This document shows, one piece after another, positions 1 through 13,680 of a DNA stretch of 64,000 nt. The notes under the pieces were generated by a model. That model had not been told where the DNA came from and searched no databases. It was given only the letters and a program-made list of their open reading frames with translations. A program made the position numbers and the translations under genes. Positions within the stretch are counted from its first letter, which is position 1, and each line of letters begins with the position of its first letter. Source of the DNA: Camelus ferus (lineage: Eukaryota); contig NC_045697.1 in the NCBI RefSeq assembly GCF_009834535.1, positions 85,996,001 to 86,060,000 of the forward strand. The letters are read 5' to 3'.

Positions 1-3000
1 AATAAACCTGTGTGAGCAAGTTCAGCAATAGGAAAGAAATAAGTCAGGACCCAATTTAAGAAATCCAACCCAATATGTGATAAGTCAGATTAAAGAAATG
101 ACCCTAAAATCTAATGAAAAATCCACATTTATATAATCAGAAGTTGACTGTTGGATGAAAGTATTCAAAAATATGTACTATAGACAATGCAGGCAATTTT
201 AATAGCACTCTGGCCATTCCTTAGTAAATATCTTGAATTAGCTTGCACCCAAATTTAACATAGTAGATTGTGTTACCGATCCAATAATGATAATTTATTA
301 CTCATTTAGCAAACTTTATGCTAAAATAACATGGATGTTGTAGTTTCAAACCAGATAAATATTAAAGCATTCAAATGAATAGTTTCAAGCATATAAAAGT
401 AAATACTGTCTAGGAATTGTTTATAAGCAGGTACATTTATAATTTATATTTTTCTTGTATATCATGGAGAACATACAGTTAGCCAGTGTGTTCTTGAAAG
501 AGTCTGGGAAGCCTCACGTTAGACTACTTCTCTCCATAGTCAACTGGTTAAATCCCGCCTATCTCAATACTGACGGATGAGGATTAGGATCAGAAAGAGA
601 AGGCAGAGCTCAAGTGGTGGTTACCCATAAATGCCTCCAACTCCGAATGTATTTGCCCAACAGGATCATTTAAGTCATTTTTTACGTAGTTTCCAATATG
701 TGCCACAGCTTTGCCCGCTACACTGACATCATTAGGCTAAAATTAAACTAAAAAAATGGCATTGATATGAATTACATTAACCATAATAATTTATAACTTA
801 CTTATATAATAAATATATTAACACAGATATGCACAAAAGCGTAAAATATCCCTAATAATATAATTACATTAAAAAAAACTTCAATGTATCTATCAGTGAA
901 GACCGATCAATGCTCTCCTGTCAAATTCTTAACAAGACAGTCATGCCTGTGATCTATGTATACGATAACTGACTCCTGGATATCTTAAAGACTGTTATAG
1001 GTGGGGTAGTTCCAATGTTAAGTAAAAAGAGAAAACCACCAGCATGGAAGATTTAGTTCATAAATATGAAGAACCACTGTTGGAGGAGGCTTCCTTCTAA
1101 TTTTTCAGTAAATAAGAGACATTAATATTTTACAATACATTTTATATTGCCAAAACGCAAAACTCTAAGACTCAGGCATCTGACCCCATTACTCTACAGA
1201 GAGCCACAGAGTGGAGGTCTCTGGTTCCCATACCCACAGGTCAACAAAAGGTACTACCATGGAAACCATTTGAAACCTAACACTGAAGGACTTCAGCTTT
1301 CCAATAATGATACTGGGATCCCAAGGAAATTTTAGACAGTAAAAGTCCAATTCCATAATGTGGGCATTCTGCCCACCATCAAATGTTAAGACTAAAGCCA
1401 ACAAAACTCCATCTTAATATTAAATATTTTAACAAAATGTTTTATTTCCATGGTTTCCAAGGATAACTAACAACAAAGGTACTGCAAAATTCAACACCGG
1501 ATCTTTCTTAACATTACTTGTCACTTTCATGATAACTAAAATCTGTGACTTGGATAGAAAACAGTCCTGGTTATACTGTGATAGAGGTCATATACATAAC
1601 TCTATAATACAAGCCACATTCTCCAGGTTTTGTATATATAAGGGCTTTCACACTATTTTCACTCTGAATTTATTAATGCTCACATTTGGGAAAATGTGAT
1701 TACTGATACTATCTTGGGTAAAGAGTCTACATAATTAAAAGAACTGATTGAAAAACTTCATAAATCACTGGGTAAGAGATAAGAGAAACAGCCAAATGAG
1801 CTAGGATAATGAGAACAATTCTCTGATGCGTGCTAAATCATCATTTACATCACCACCAGCATATCAAGATAGGAAAAGTAATTCCTGGTGAAGGAAAGTT
1901 AATTCCATATAAAAGTATCCTTTATGGGGAAGAATCTAAACCAAAGTCTCCACTTTATGTAATATGAGAATTGGTTTACTGTTATATTCCTTAAGTGCTA
2001 AAGAGAAAGAAAGAATGGAAGCACTGTAAAAATTTAATAAAGTTACCAACTCCTCTTAATCCTCCCATTTTCTCTTGGAAAGAACCATGAAACCTTATTC
2101 TATTTTGATAAATCAATCTGATTTTTTTCAAAAAGTGAACTGTAAATAAGACAGGGCATTGTTTGAGCAGTTAAAACACTTGTTTAAAAAAAAGTTTCTG
2201 GACTCTGATAAGCCAGTTAGATGGATGACGTCTCTAAAATTAGTTTTGGGGTGGAGTGTCTTAAGCACTGATACTTTATTCACAAAAGATTGCATAACAC
2301 GGTCAATTTTTAACGAGTGCTATATAAATTGCTTTTCTCTTCCCTATATTTTTGATAAATGTTAAGAACAGCAAAGACAGCCAATATTGGGTAAACAAGT
2401 TCTGAAACAGTCCCAAGGCAAATTCAATTCAGAACTCGTTCCACGAGCTCGTTACCTAAAAGCAGCTCTTCTTAATCTTTTGCACTGGAGGAAAAAAAAA
2501 TTCACTGCCGAAGACGAACAGTTTCTTTCAGTAAAACCGAGTTGAGCAACTGGAAAAATCTCCCCTAGAGCTCTACTGGAAAAAGCCAATACCTAGTATT
2601 AAAATACAGGAAACTTTGCGAGAAAAAAAAGGGAAGCCAGGAAAAAGGGCTTCCTTTATTTTTTCAAATAAGAAAAGGTGGGGGTGGGTAATGCGTTCTC
2701 TTCACATGACCACAATGAGCTGTACTTGCTCTGGATCTAATTTTAGCGACTCTTTGGATTTGGGGGAGGGCCTCCTTTTACACATTCACTCACGAACAGG
2801 GAGTGCGCAAAACTCCGGCCACGTCACCGGCGGCTGCGCCCTGGTGGGAGCAGGTTCCGGTGGACCCTCCGAGGGAAGAAGCAGGAAAAGAGGTTGGGGG
2901 GAGCAAAGGGGAAACAAGAAAGGTGTTAAGACATCTCCCGAAGGCAGATTCAGTTTACTCCTAAACTTTTTTGGCTTTCCGACAACTGCTAGAACTCCTG

Positions 3001-3054
3001 AGCAGCTTACAAAGTTGGTCAATGCAAGCGCTGCTCGGGGGCGCACGGCCTTAC

Positions 3055-3063
3055 CTGTGCCAT
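3055..3063 (-). CDS. ANXA5: Annexin A5, first coding segment (Met-Ala-Gln) at the end of exon 2; remaining coding exons presumably lie left of the window
   Basis: Minus strand reads cctgacctgagcagtcGCC ATG GCA CAG|gtaagg, with a strong Kozak context and a canonical donor. Matches the recalled human ANXA5 mRNA (CCTGACCTGAGTAGTCGCCATGGCACAG). Synteny with TMEM155/SMIM43 agrees. Confidence 0.92.
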
Positions 3064-3103
3064 GGCGACTGCTCAGGTCAGGAAAAGGTGACTTGATGCA
3101 GGA
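3055..3103 (-). other. ANXA5: ANXA5 exon 2 (49 nt; 5'UTR plus start codon)
   Basis: Acceptor tttatcttgcAG|tcctgc (AG at 3104-3105) and donor CAG|GTaagg (GT at 3053-3054). Confidence 0.88.
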
Positions 3104-3280
3104 CTGCAAGATAAAGACCGCGGCTTCAGTGAATGAGACCTCCCCGCAGCGGCGCCCAGACAGCACCTCCGCGCTCCACAGACCCGCCCGCTCCGCAGCT
3201 CCCGGGACCGCTCCCCGCAGAGCGCCCGCGCAGCCCGACGCCCCCGCTCCCCTCCACGGACTAGGCGAGCGCTCACTCAC

Positions 3281-3370
3281 CCAGACCCGAACCTCCCGGA
3301 GAGCGGCGGAGCGCGGGGCAGCGACACGCCGAGCAGGCAAGGATGCGGGCGGAGAAGACTCCGAGCAACT
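3281..3370 (-). other. ANXA5: ANXA5 non-coding exon 1 (5' end approximate)
   Basis: Donor GTCTGG|GTGAGT at 3280/3281 gives a 177-nt intron 1. The 5' sequence GTTGCTCGG resembles the recalled human mRNA start GTTGCTTGG. Confidence 0.75.
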
Positions 3371-5696
3371 GCTAACAGGCGGCTCGGAGCAGCGGAAACA
3401 CCGCCGACCCCGCCCCGCCCCGCCCCGGCCTCAGTGCGCCTGCGTGGGGCGCGGCTCGCCCGAGTCTTCTCCGCCTGTGTAGGGCTGGGCCGCAGATGCG
3501 TTGGAACCCAGAGGGGGGCCGCTCTCCTCGCCTGGCTTTAGGGGTCCCGGGGGCCCTGGAAGGGCTGGGGAACTGTCCAGGACTCTAGGCTTGGGGTCGT
3601 TGAGGCCTCCCTCCCTTTCGTGGCCGCAGGAATGGGGGCCTCACCCGGTGCTCGGGCATAGCGGTGCATGGGAGTGTTTTTTAAAGACGGGACACTCGCT
3701 GTAGTGAGGACAGCATGTCTTTGACCAGGATCTAGGCAAACCGTGAAGCTTTGAGGGCCAGTTTACAAATTTATTTTTAAGTTTTTTGTTTTGTTTTCTT
3801 TTGTTTAGTGTCTATGGTTGCTTCCTAGGTAACCTCTTCCATGTACGGTCTTTGGTAGCTTAATTGGGAAGTTTCAGAACTTCTGCCTGCGATCAGTTTC
3901 TGTTCGCAAAACCACCCTAGAACTTTTAAATAACTAATTTGAACCATGCCCTAGTATTAGTTAAACATAAAATATATGATTATGTGAGAGAGACAGACAC
4001 TACCAGCATATTGTCCTAGGCTGGTGCAGAGAACGCACAGACAGAAAGACAGTGTCCTTCTCAGACTTATGTGTTGGGGAGGGGAGGCACGGGGCAGGAG
4101 CAAGGAGGCCAGAGGACAGAAGCTTGCAACTCTAGACCTAGTAAGATATTCTAAGATGAGAATAGCAAAGTGCTGTGGCGATTCAGGGTAACAGATCATC
4201 TAGTCTGCCTTGGGGAATAAAGAAGAGGTTTGTCATAAATTAAATGTGTAACTAATGTTGTTCTTTGTATAGATAGAACTTCTCAATTACTTTCACGTGT
4301 GAGCCACATGCTTAATCAGGCCCTGACAGTCGCTGCAGAATGGTTGTTGGCTGGAAATAAAGGCAAAATTGCGGAGTATAGAGCCACACACATACACACA
4401 CACACCCTCTCTCACACAGTCTCTCTCTGTCTCCCTCCCTCAACCTCTCCCTCTCTCTCCCTCCACAGCCTCATGCTCCCCACTTTCAGCACCTCTCCCA
4501 GAACATTCTTGGCAGGCACGGGTGTCTGTAGGCAGCCCTTTCCTCTGTAATTTTTTTCTCCTCACTTAACGCTTTTCATTTTCTCGCTGCCCTTCTCCAA
4601 GAGTAGTGCCATCAGTGTGGCCTGGAGCATTCTTTCCCTCAACACATCCTCTTGAACTCCTTTCCTTCCTTATCTTTCTCCTTTTCTACTCTCAGAGGAA
4701 TTACCTCAGACCGCAGTGATCCGATATTTAACAATACTGTTGATTTTATAGGAAAATGAAGCCCATCATGGGTTAATGACTTGCTCTGGGTCCTGCAGCT
4801 AAATAGTGATAGAATCAATGGATTATTAGACTTGGTGTCTTGATATCCCCCAGTTAGTATTTCTTTCACTTCCAGGTACTTCGATTTATTCAGCTCCTAC
4901 TCTAGGCGCTGGGGATAGGATAATGCAGTAAAAGTATGACCTCACAGGTCTTACGTTCTGGTGGAGACAGACAATAAACAAATATCTATTGTGTCCAGTA
5001 TGAACTTTTCTGTAAAGAAAATAAAGCGGAGCTAGGGAGTCGGGGTGAGAGGAACCCTATTTTCCAACGTTGGTCTGAAGGCGTTTCTGAGAAGACTTGA
5101 GGAGAAATCTGAATTGTTACAATTTAATTGTATTTGACAGCTGTTTCCTGAGCACCTGTGGAGAAGGCCTACACAAGTCTACTGCTTTGTATTATAGAAG
5201 GAGCATGAATACAAATACTAAAATGGGAGACAAACTGTAAATCCTAAACAGATGTATAAAATGCAATCAAAGTGCAGTTGGTTTCAGGGGTACAGCTAAT
5301 ATCTTGTCAAGGGATTTTAAAAATTGATGCGTCACTTGAACTAGGCTTCGAGGGAGGATATTTTATCAGGCAGTAGAGAGGAGAAAGTGTGATCTGGTTA
5401 AGTGAACAGTGAAACTGAAAGAAGGAAAGTGCCTTTGTGTGTGTCTGAATTGAATTTCTAAAATGGCTGGAATGGAAAGAGAAACAGCCACTTTAAAGAC
5501 TCAGCTTTGAATGGTATATTTAACTGATGGGTTTTGAACAAGTGACTTTTTTAAACTACTGACTGTTATAAATATTATGGTAAAACGTGTCTCTCTTCCA
5601 TCCCAAAAGTCCCTGTTCAGTGTCCTAAAGTCATCCTCAAACTCTCCAGCGGATTCTCCAGTTAACTCTTTAATCCTCTTAATTAAACGTTTCTTG

Positions 5697-5827
5697 TTTT
5701 TTATTTTGGGGGGGAGGTAATCAGGTTTGATTGTTTGTTTGTTTGTTTTAATGGAGGTACTAGGGATTGAACCCAGAATCTCGTGAATGCTAAGCATGCA
5801 CTCTACCACTGAGCTGTACCCTCCCCC
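5697..5827 (-). mobile_element. tRNA-derived SINE (camelid Vic-1-like)
   Basis: Reverse complement reads GGGGAGGGTACAGCTCAGTGGTAGAG...GGGTTCAATCCC (Pol III A and B boxes) followed by an A-rich tail. Confidence 0.85.
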
Positions 5828-6470
5828 TAAACTTTCTCTTTCTTGAATTTAAAATTAAAACCCTTCTTACTCAGTGTGTTGTCTTTAGTTGTGTTCATTT
5901 TAAGTATTTCATATTAATTTTGGCTTGTTTGCTGTACTGTTCTTGGGTACAAATAATGGATTTCAGCAATTTTCTGATGAGATAATCAGGTTTCAACCCT
6001 ACCTAAAACTCTCTTCTCATTGAAGAAATATACCAAATGTCAGATAACTGATATATTAACACATTTTTGAATCTCAGTTTATTTGTAAACTTGAGATTTT
6101 CCTGATCTCCCTCTTTCCCTCAATAATGATCCAATGATCCAAAATTTGGATCATTCAGAAACTAGCAGTTTATTCTACACAGGTCATCAGTTCTACAGTT
6201 GCAGTTTGTGTTGCAGTTTCTACATTTCTCAGATCCAACATTTTCATCATGTATTCACTGTTTCCCTTAACTATACTGATCCATAGAGAGAAAAAATGAG
6301 TAATAGGCTATGTAAGTACAACTTTTCCTTAATTTTAGAAGAATTGGAGTCTTGTTTTTTAGAATATAAAATTTTCAACTAGCCTTTTAAAATTAATTTC
6401 ATTTGATATAGTTGTTATAAATCATGATTACTTAAAGAAGAAGGGAAGAACACAAGAAAGCGAATTACAG

Positions 6471-6569
6471 GGTTGGGGGTATAGCTCAGTGGTAAAGCAC
6501 ATGCTTGGCTTGTATGAGGTCCTGGGTTCAATCCCTAGTCCCTCCACTGAGGGAAAATAAATAATTTTT
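6471..6569 (+). mobile_element. tRNA-derived SINE with target-site duplication
   Basis: TAGCTCAGTGG A box and GGTTCAATCC B box; flanked by aagcgaattacag (6458-6470) and aagtgaattacag (6570-6582). Confidence 0.85.
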
Positions 6570-9500
6570 AAGTGAATTACAGGAAATTAAAGATTAAGGT
6601 AATTTATAAAAATGCCTAACAGTTATAAGAAGATTAGTTCCATTCCTCCATAGTTGTTCCTCCTTTGAAAAATTCTCACTACCATTCTCAGCTCCTAGCC
6701 TGATGATTCAGCCCCCACTCTGACATTAAAGACGAAATTAATCTCTGATGGTCCCACTGCTCTACTGCAGCAGGACCTGTCCTATGACCAGCCAGTCTCT
6801 CAGACCTGGCAGGGTCCAAATCTCTGGGGCCAACCGGATGCTTCCTGGTGCCCTCCTATCCTTCCTCAGCCAGACTCTTCCATCAGTGGCCCCTATCAAG
6901 TACAGCTACATGAGACTCCCACCCCCCACACTCCTCTCCATACACAGGCCCCCACGGTTTGCATCTGATGGGGCCAAAAAGTCCAGAAGCACCACTTGGA
7001 ATTTAATCCAAGCCACCCACCACCCACCTCGTCTCGTCCATCCCTGAGCGTCCCAGGGTGAGCAGTGGAGGTGAGGCTGCATCCCTCTGCAGATCCTGCC
7101 CCTTCCAGCTCCACCATCACTTCTACCTCCGGGAAGTGATACTGGAATGTAACCAGCATTCTAGTGGCTCCCCAACCTTGAACTTCAGATTTAAAGGGTG
7201 TAATGTCCTTAGGGAAAATAGGTCCAGATTAATTTTCCAAACCTCATCCTGAACCAACAGTGTGAAATTATTAGGAGACCCTTTAATCTCCCCGTATTGA
7301 GATCCACATGCTCACTGGAAATTAAAAGCAGAGACTCCTTAGGAGATTTTTAGCTTTAAATGTCCTTCCACTGTTTTTAACTCAAACAGTATTTGAATTT
7401 ATCCAGTAAAAAGTAAATCAACTTCCCTCGTAGAAGACTGGAATGTAGGTCTTGGGTAAACAATTAGGCAAAAAAGATTCTCATAGGAAACTTTCAGGCA
7501 GAATTGTTAAGCTTGATTAAGATCTTCAGAGCTATTAGTAAAAGGAAACAATAAAAATACTCAGCCTGCTTATAAAACAACAAGCATCCTGTCTCCCTTG
7601 TTTATTGCTGAATCTCAAACACGCAGCCCAATGCCCAGCACTTTGTAGTAGCTCATTAAATGTTTTGAATGTCTGAGTGGATGGATGAATGAATCCACTG
7701 TGGTGTGGGTTATTAACTGCAATCCACTGATATTCAGAATGATGAAGACACAAAAAAAAGTTAAAAGGAAACCCTGAAGGAGAATTTTGCCAGGGGAATA
7801 GATGTATTCTCAGACAGGGATTCTGAATTCTGGAGAGGACTCGTCTCTGGATGGATAAACTTTTGTCTTATGATCGTACTAGTGTGTGACCTTTGACAAT
7901 GATTTGATTTTTCCTAATTTGGAGCAGTGGTTAGGATTAGATGAGCTCACTTGTTTAATGCTTAAAAATAACAGGAAGACTGGTTTCAATTTCTCATCTT
8001 TCTCCTTCCAAAAACTCTCACCACTAAACCCCACCCTCATTTCTTCCATGCTGATGATTCAGTCCCCACCCATCCCACTCAAAAGCCAAAATTAAGTCCC
8101 TGTGAATCCACCCCTCCACTGCGGCAGACTTTACGGATCAAAGCCAACTTCTCAGCACTTGCCCCCACCCGGCCCTAACCCACTCCCACTCCTGGGGCCA
8201 GTTTATGGTCCTCTAAGCATTGATTTCTTTATCTGAAGTTTTTCTTCATTCATTCAACAACTTTATTCTGTGGCAAACCCTATCATAGGCACTGAGGATA
8301 CGGTGATTTAAAAAAAAAAAAGATACACAGAAGCTGTCCAATTACAGCACTTGGTCTAGCAGATTAAATGAAATGATACAGCAGAACTCTGTTAACTTTA
8401 GGGTAAGAGGTAAGAGAGTAGGAAGTAGGCTTTTACAGGGAAAGCCTCTGCAGGATGGGTGTGTATGTGGCGGGGAGGTGTCCTTCCCAGAAGTCAGCCT
8501 AACAGGGAACAAGGCATGTGATAGATGGAAGGACAGTGCTGATTTTTTCCCCTTTATGCAATCTTATTATTTGGATGAGATGGGAATGAGGGCTCAGGGA
8601 AGAAGAAAACTGACAGGAGAGATCTTGCCTGAGAAGGGAGATGAAGCGGCCCCACCTTCTGAAGGAAGGTGAAGGAAAGTGCGTAACACTCACCCTCTCA
8701 CCCCCTGGACACCGCCATTCTCTGCACGGTTCCTCCTCTAAAATCTTACTGTCTAATTCCCACCCCTGATGGCTTCCTCCTGTCTTCTGTGTGGTCATTC
8801 CTACCACATCTGCTATTCCTCTCTGACTTCACCCAGACCTCTAGCCTCTCTTTTTTCGCCCAGCCTACCATTCATCCTTTCTCCAGCTCGTTTCTTCTCT
8901 CTCCTACCTATGGCCTATATATAGTAAGTCATTGCCCCCACCATCTGTCATTATCCTCCAGTCCACTCTCTTCACACATCCATCTAACCCCTAGCCCACC
9001 ATCACCTATTCTTATGTGCAGGCTGCCAAGTGCAGTTGGACACAACAAAATTATACCACAGATTGGCCGTGCAACAAATTTGGAGTTATCAATCTCAACT
9101 GGGCTCTCGGCTTTTCTTAGCAACCCTTTACTATGCCCCTGCTCAGCTCTTTTTCCTTCCCTCATAATATTTACTTTAATCTTTCACTGCTCTCCTTAAG
9201 ATCCCAGCCCTCAGCCTTTCTCCCAGCAGCAAGCCCACTTGCCCGGAATCCTCATCCTACGTGCTCCTGCACTTTCCTACCTCCTTCTTTCTCGCTCAGC
9301 AGGTGAGAGAACCCTCTTCCTACCTAAAATTTAAGGTTCACTCTCCAGAATAATAATCTTAGTCTCACCTGTATTTAAATCTTTTCCTTCCACTAGCTGC
9401 TTCTTGTCAGCCTGACTTAAAGCTGTTTAAGTCAGGACTCCCTTAGTTTCAAGTGATAGAAACCCAACTCAAGCTAGCTTAGGTAAAAAGGGATTTTTTT

Positions 9501-9672
9501 TTTTTTTTGGAAGGTGTGTCTGGCAGGGCCTTTAACTATAAACAACACAAAGCATTCTAACTACCTTAAACAAAAAAATTATTAAAGGATTTTAGGTAGC
9601 TTAGCACAATGTCTAGAAAGACCTATAATCACATGATGGGGGGATTTCCTAGAAGAGTCTACTGTTACAAAT

Positions 9673-10490
9673 CAGGGTTTCTCAACCACAGCACTAGCAA
9701 CACGCTGGCTAGAAAATTATTTGTTGGTGGGGGACAAGGGAAGCTGTCCTGTGCTCTGAAAGATGTTCAGCAGCATTGTAAACAGATAGGGTGGGGGGCT
9801 CCAGAGAAAAAGAACCAGGCAGGACTTTCTCGACAGAAGAGAAGCCATTTTTGACCTAAGCCATGTTGTGATATAAGCCTGGCCACAATGCTTGCCCTTG
9901 AATGGATCTCAGTAATTAATGATCTTAAGGGAAGTGAGGGAACAGAAACAAAGGAGAAGCAGCCAAAAAATAATAGTTCAGCATAAACAGAGTCCTAGTT
10001 CCTCCTCAAGGAACACACATAATAGTCTGATACACAGCTTTGAGTTCTGCAGGAATGAATGCCCACATGTGGAGAGCAGAATGATGGTGTTGACCCTCAA
10101 TCAGCTAAAGTGTGGACTCTGCCAACCGTGGCCCCGACTCCACGCTGAATTCTGCTCTGCTCAAGCCTCTGCATGAATATGCATGTATCCTTAGCTTAAA
10201 ACTTCCCCAGTTTTGCTGTTTGGGAAGACACTACTTTGGGAAAGACCCCTGGTGTTCTCCTTACTTGCTGCAAGCAATAAATAAATCCTTCCTTCTCCCG
10301 ATCTTTGGCTCCGTTGTGTCTTTTGGCCTGACACCCACCAAGAGGCGAACCCAGTTTTCAGGTAACAGCCTCTCCAGCCTCTACCCACTATTTGTCAGTA
10401 GCAGCACCTTCCCCTGTTGTGACAAAAAATGTCCCCTAACATTGCCAAATGTCTCCTGCAGGGCCAAGCTGTCCCCAGTTGAGAACCCCT
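9673..10490 (-). mobile_element. MER20-like hAT DNA transposon, split by a solo LTR
   Basis: Termini cagggtttctcaacc and gttgagaacccct. The internal sequence matches the recalled MER20 consensus on both sides of the LTR. Confidence 0.75.
9777..10367 (+). mobile_element. ERV solo LTR inserted in MER20
   Basis: TG...CA termini, AATAAA at ~10276, imperfect 4-bp TSD (GCAT/GCCT); interrupts a continuous MER20. Confidence 0.75.
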
Positions 10491-10525
10491 AAGCATATAA
10501 GAGATTCCCTGCTGAGCCGCAGCTC

Positions 10526-10979
10526 TGTGAAATAAAATTCATATTTCATGGCTAGACAAGGAAAATTTAAATATAAATTCTTTGCACTTTGTCCTCCTTT
10601 CTCCCTGCACTGTGCACTGTGTATCTGCATTTCACATGGAACAAACCTTCCCATCGGCAGGAATACCTGCTCAACCATCAAGAGTGACATTCTTCTAGTA
10701 TCAACAACTCTTTAAAAGACAACAGTCCTTCCTGATCTTGTAAGGGGTCACATGACCCACCAGGATGACACTTAGATCTGGACTATGTAAACTGTCAATA
10801 ATACATCATTTGATGTACAGCTCTCTGTCTCAAAAAATTTAAGTTAACTGTGCTTTGATTTCCAACAAGTAAGACAGTTCTCAGAGCTCTTTGAGGTTCT
10901 CTTCCCCAGGTTATAATCCTCAAATTTGGCTCAAATGAAATTTCCATCTCTTTCTTGATTGATTAATTTCTCCTCTACA
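10526..10979 (+). mobile_element. ERV1-type solo LTR (MER34/MER39-like)
   Basis: TG...CA termini with a perfect 4-bp TSD GCTC (10522-10525 and 10980-10983). Family name is tentative. Confidence 0.7.
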
Positions 10980-13294
10980 GCTCCGTGTTTATTTGTTACT
11001 GTGTCACCCAGAAGCTGGCCTGGCCACAGCAAACGACACTTCCAAATCCTCATTGTTCAGCTCAGCCCTGTCTCCTGAGCTCTAGGATCACATACCTACC
11101 TGCCCGCATCTCATGTCTCAACCAGGACAGGCCACAGGTAATGCAAAACCAACATGCTCAAATTGAACGCATCATTACCCCTTCAAGACCAGCTGCTTCT
11201 TCCACATTCCCTGTCCTGGGTGATGACACCACTGTTAACTAGTCACTCACGCAGAATCATAGCAGTATTTCTGGATCCTTCACGTTCTGTCACCAGCCCC
11301 TCCCACCACCACATCTAAGGTGGGAGATGCTAATAACACTTCTTGTCTTGCTCTGGCTCCCTTCTCCCCACTTGCTACTGTGATCATTTTCTACTGGACT
11401 CTTAATTGCTCCTCTCCCTAATTTGTCTTCTAAATGCAAATCTAATTTGTGTTACCCCATGCTTGAAATCAACAGAGCTTTAGCAGATCCAAACTGCTGG
11501 TGGGAAATACTCACAATTCTTTAGGAGCCTTCCTGAACTTTTCCTCCAACTATACTCCCACTCTCTACTTTCTTGCTAATAAGCAACTAAAAACTCCCTG
11601 TTACTGCATTTGTTATCTTCCCCTACCTTCTCTTCATTCGCCTGAAGCAGCACCTACTCCTCCTTTGAGGCCCCGTCAGTAGCATCTTCCTCTCAATTCT
11701 TTCTCTTCAGGCTCCTCTTTGGCCATGTGCCCTGACCCCTTGACAGCAACCTTAGGACCCACCAGGAGCCACCTCCACCCAGCTAAGCTGCTCCTGAATT
11801 CCTGACCCACAGAAATGATGAGATTAAAAGTGTTTACTTTTTAAAGCTACAAGTTCTAGGGAAATTTGTTACAGATCAATAGATAACTTGTTCAAATAGT
11901 TTACTTGCGGAAGTCAGCGTAAATGAAATTCCAGACCCAAGTTCCAAGCTTGGGGTGCTCAATCTTCCTAACTCAAGCCTCCAATGGGTTTTAGCAATTC
12001 CCATGAACTATCTTTTATTTCTCTAGTTTCTTTTTGAAACACAGTAAAACCAATTATGTTTTAGTAGATTAACTACTCAGTATTCATACAGCAAAATACA
12101 AAGAGTTCAAAATTCTGTTATTATTATTTAATATGGCCTTAAAGACTCAGGATGGGAATTGAGGGAACATCAAGACATGTTCTTTTTTATGTTTTGTTTT
12201 TTCATGCCATGTATTTACTGAAGAAATTAGTTCACATGTCCTGGAGAATCTCTCACATTCTGGATTTGGCTGAGTGTATCTTCACAGTGATATTTAAATG
12301 TTCCTCTGCTTCCCAGGTCTCTCAGCACCCACAGTCCTTCTGCCCAGACTGTATACTGTTTGATATGCAGCCTTTAGACATTATATATAGTAATAATAAT
12401 ATAAATAGTAGCTAGGCATGCTCGCATATATAGGCATATATGATTAAACAAAATGTGTTTTCATTTTGGTTATTTTATGCAATTTTGGTTTTTTAAAAAG
12501 CCACCATGTCCCAGATCACAAGAAGTGAAACATTAGATAAACATTTCGTTTACCAAGAAAGTCTGAACTGCTTGAGTCAGCACCACAAATGAAGTTATAA
12601 GAACAGGATTCCGAAGATCAGGCAATACTTAGAATGAAAGACAAAATTTCAATGTTTTCAAAGAACGCAAATGTCCATGTGGTGTTAATATTCCAAATCA
12701 AAATTATCTAGGCAATTTAAAGGAAACATTTAAGTTCTTTTAACCAGATTAATAAATGTGAAAGGAAGCCATAGTGGGGAGTGAACAGAGGACTCACAAT
12801 GCTGCAGAATCACACTCTGTCCTGGACCAGCCCAAGAGCACTGCCTCTCAGCGTTCCGCAAGTTTATCACATTTCCTTTGCCCTTCATCATCTTTCCTTC
12901 CAGTTTCTCTACAGGTCATCTAGGCCATAGTTAGCTATCAGGATACATGATTTTAAGATCTGAAAGCCTAGGAAACAGGATTTACAACTACTAAATGGGC
13001 TCAAAACTAAGGGAGTGGAGCAACTTGACACACATTTACTGAACACCAACCATATACAAAGTAAAGCACTAAGCTTTGCTGGAGCCCCAAAGAAGACACA
13101 TGTCCTCAAGAAAGACACATTCTTGTTTAACAATCAAGCTTCTATCTTTCCAAGTTCAGAATCTATAGGATAGAGAGAATCTAATTCAGTATTTCAGAGA
13201 ATCAGCTAAGGATGTAATTTGGATTTCATAAAAAGCAGCCTCCACTATAGAGAAAAGTTTTAAACCTTTTTACACAGTTAGTTTACATTTTAAA

Positions 13295-13680
13295 AATTAG
13301 TGTGTAGGAACAACCTAACCGTCCATCAGAATGAGAACAGATAGATAAATTGTGGTATACTCATGAAATGGGATGGTATTCAGCAATAAAAAAGAACACA
13401 ACAGTAGGGTATAATCTCAAAAAGGAAAAGAAGCAAGACACAAGAAAGATAGATTCTATCTGATCCCATTTATGTGAGGTTCCAGGAACAGGAAAAGTAA
13501 GCTAAAGTGATAGAAATCAAGAGTAAAGTTAACCAAAAGAGGAAAAGAGAATTTTCCAGAAAGGAAGAAAAGATTCTCTATCTTGATTTGGATTATAATT
13601 ACATGAGTATAGATATTTATCAAAAATCACAATTTGCTTTTGTTCATTCCACTTTATGTAAATTTTTCCTCAAAATAAAA
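13295..13680 (+). mobile_element. Old L1 3' fragment
   Basis: Typical L1M 3' motifs (gataaattgtggtatactcat...attcagcaataaaaa). Confidence 0.6.

Larger units (their letters stand above)
2800..3700 (-). promoter_or_regulatory. ANXA5: CpG-island promoter of ANXA5 with tandem GC boxes
   Basis: Very GC- and CpG-rich. Contains (CCCCG)4 Sp1 boxes at 3408-3427, an ETS-like CGGAA at ~3393 and an NRF1-like TGCGCCTGCG at ~3435; no evident TATA box. Confidence 0.85.

Noticed and set aside
1..3054. ANXA5 exon 3 (VLRGTV...)
   Set aside because: Not found by eye; this stretch appears to be intron 2.
2616..3482. 288-aa (+) and 184-aa (-) ORFs over the CpG island
   Set aside because: Stop-poor GC-rich DNA with Arg/Ala/Pro-biased translations; they cross ANXA5 splice sites.
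6471..6546. tRNA-like sequences (also 5697-5827 and 59785-59915)
   Set aside because: Degenerate cloverleaf, A-rich tails and TSDs identify them as SINEs, not tRNA genes.
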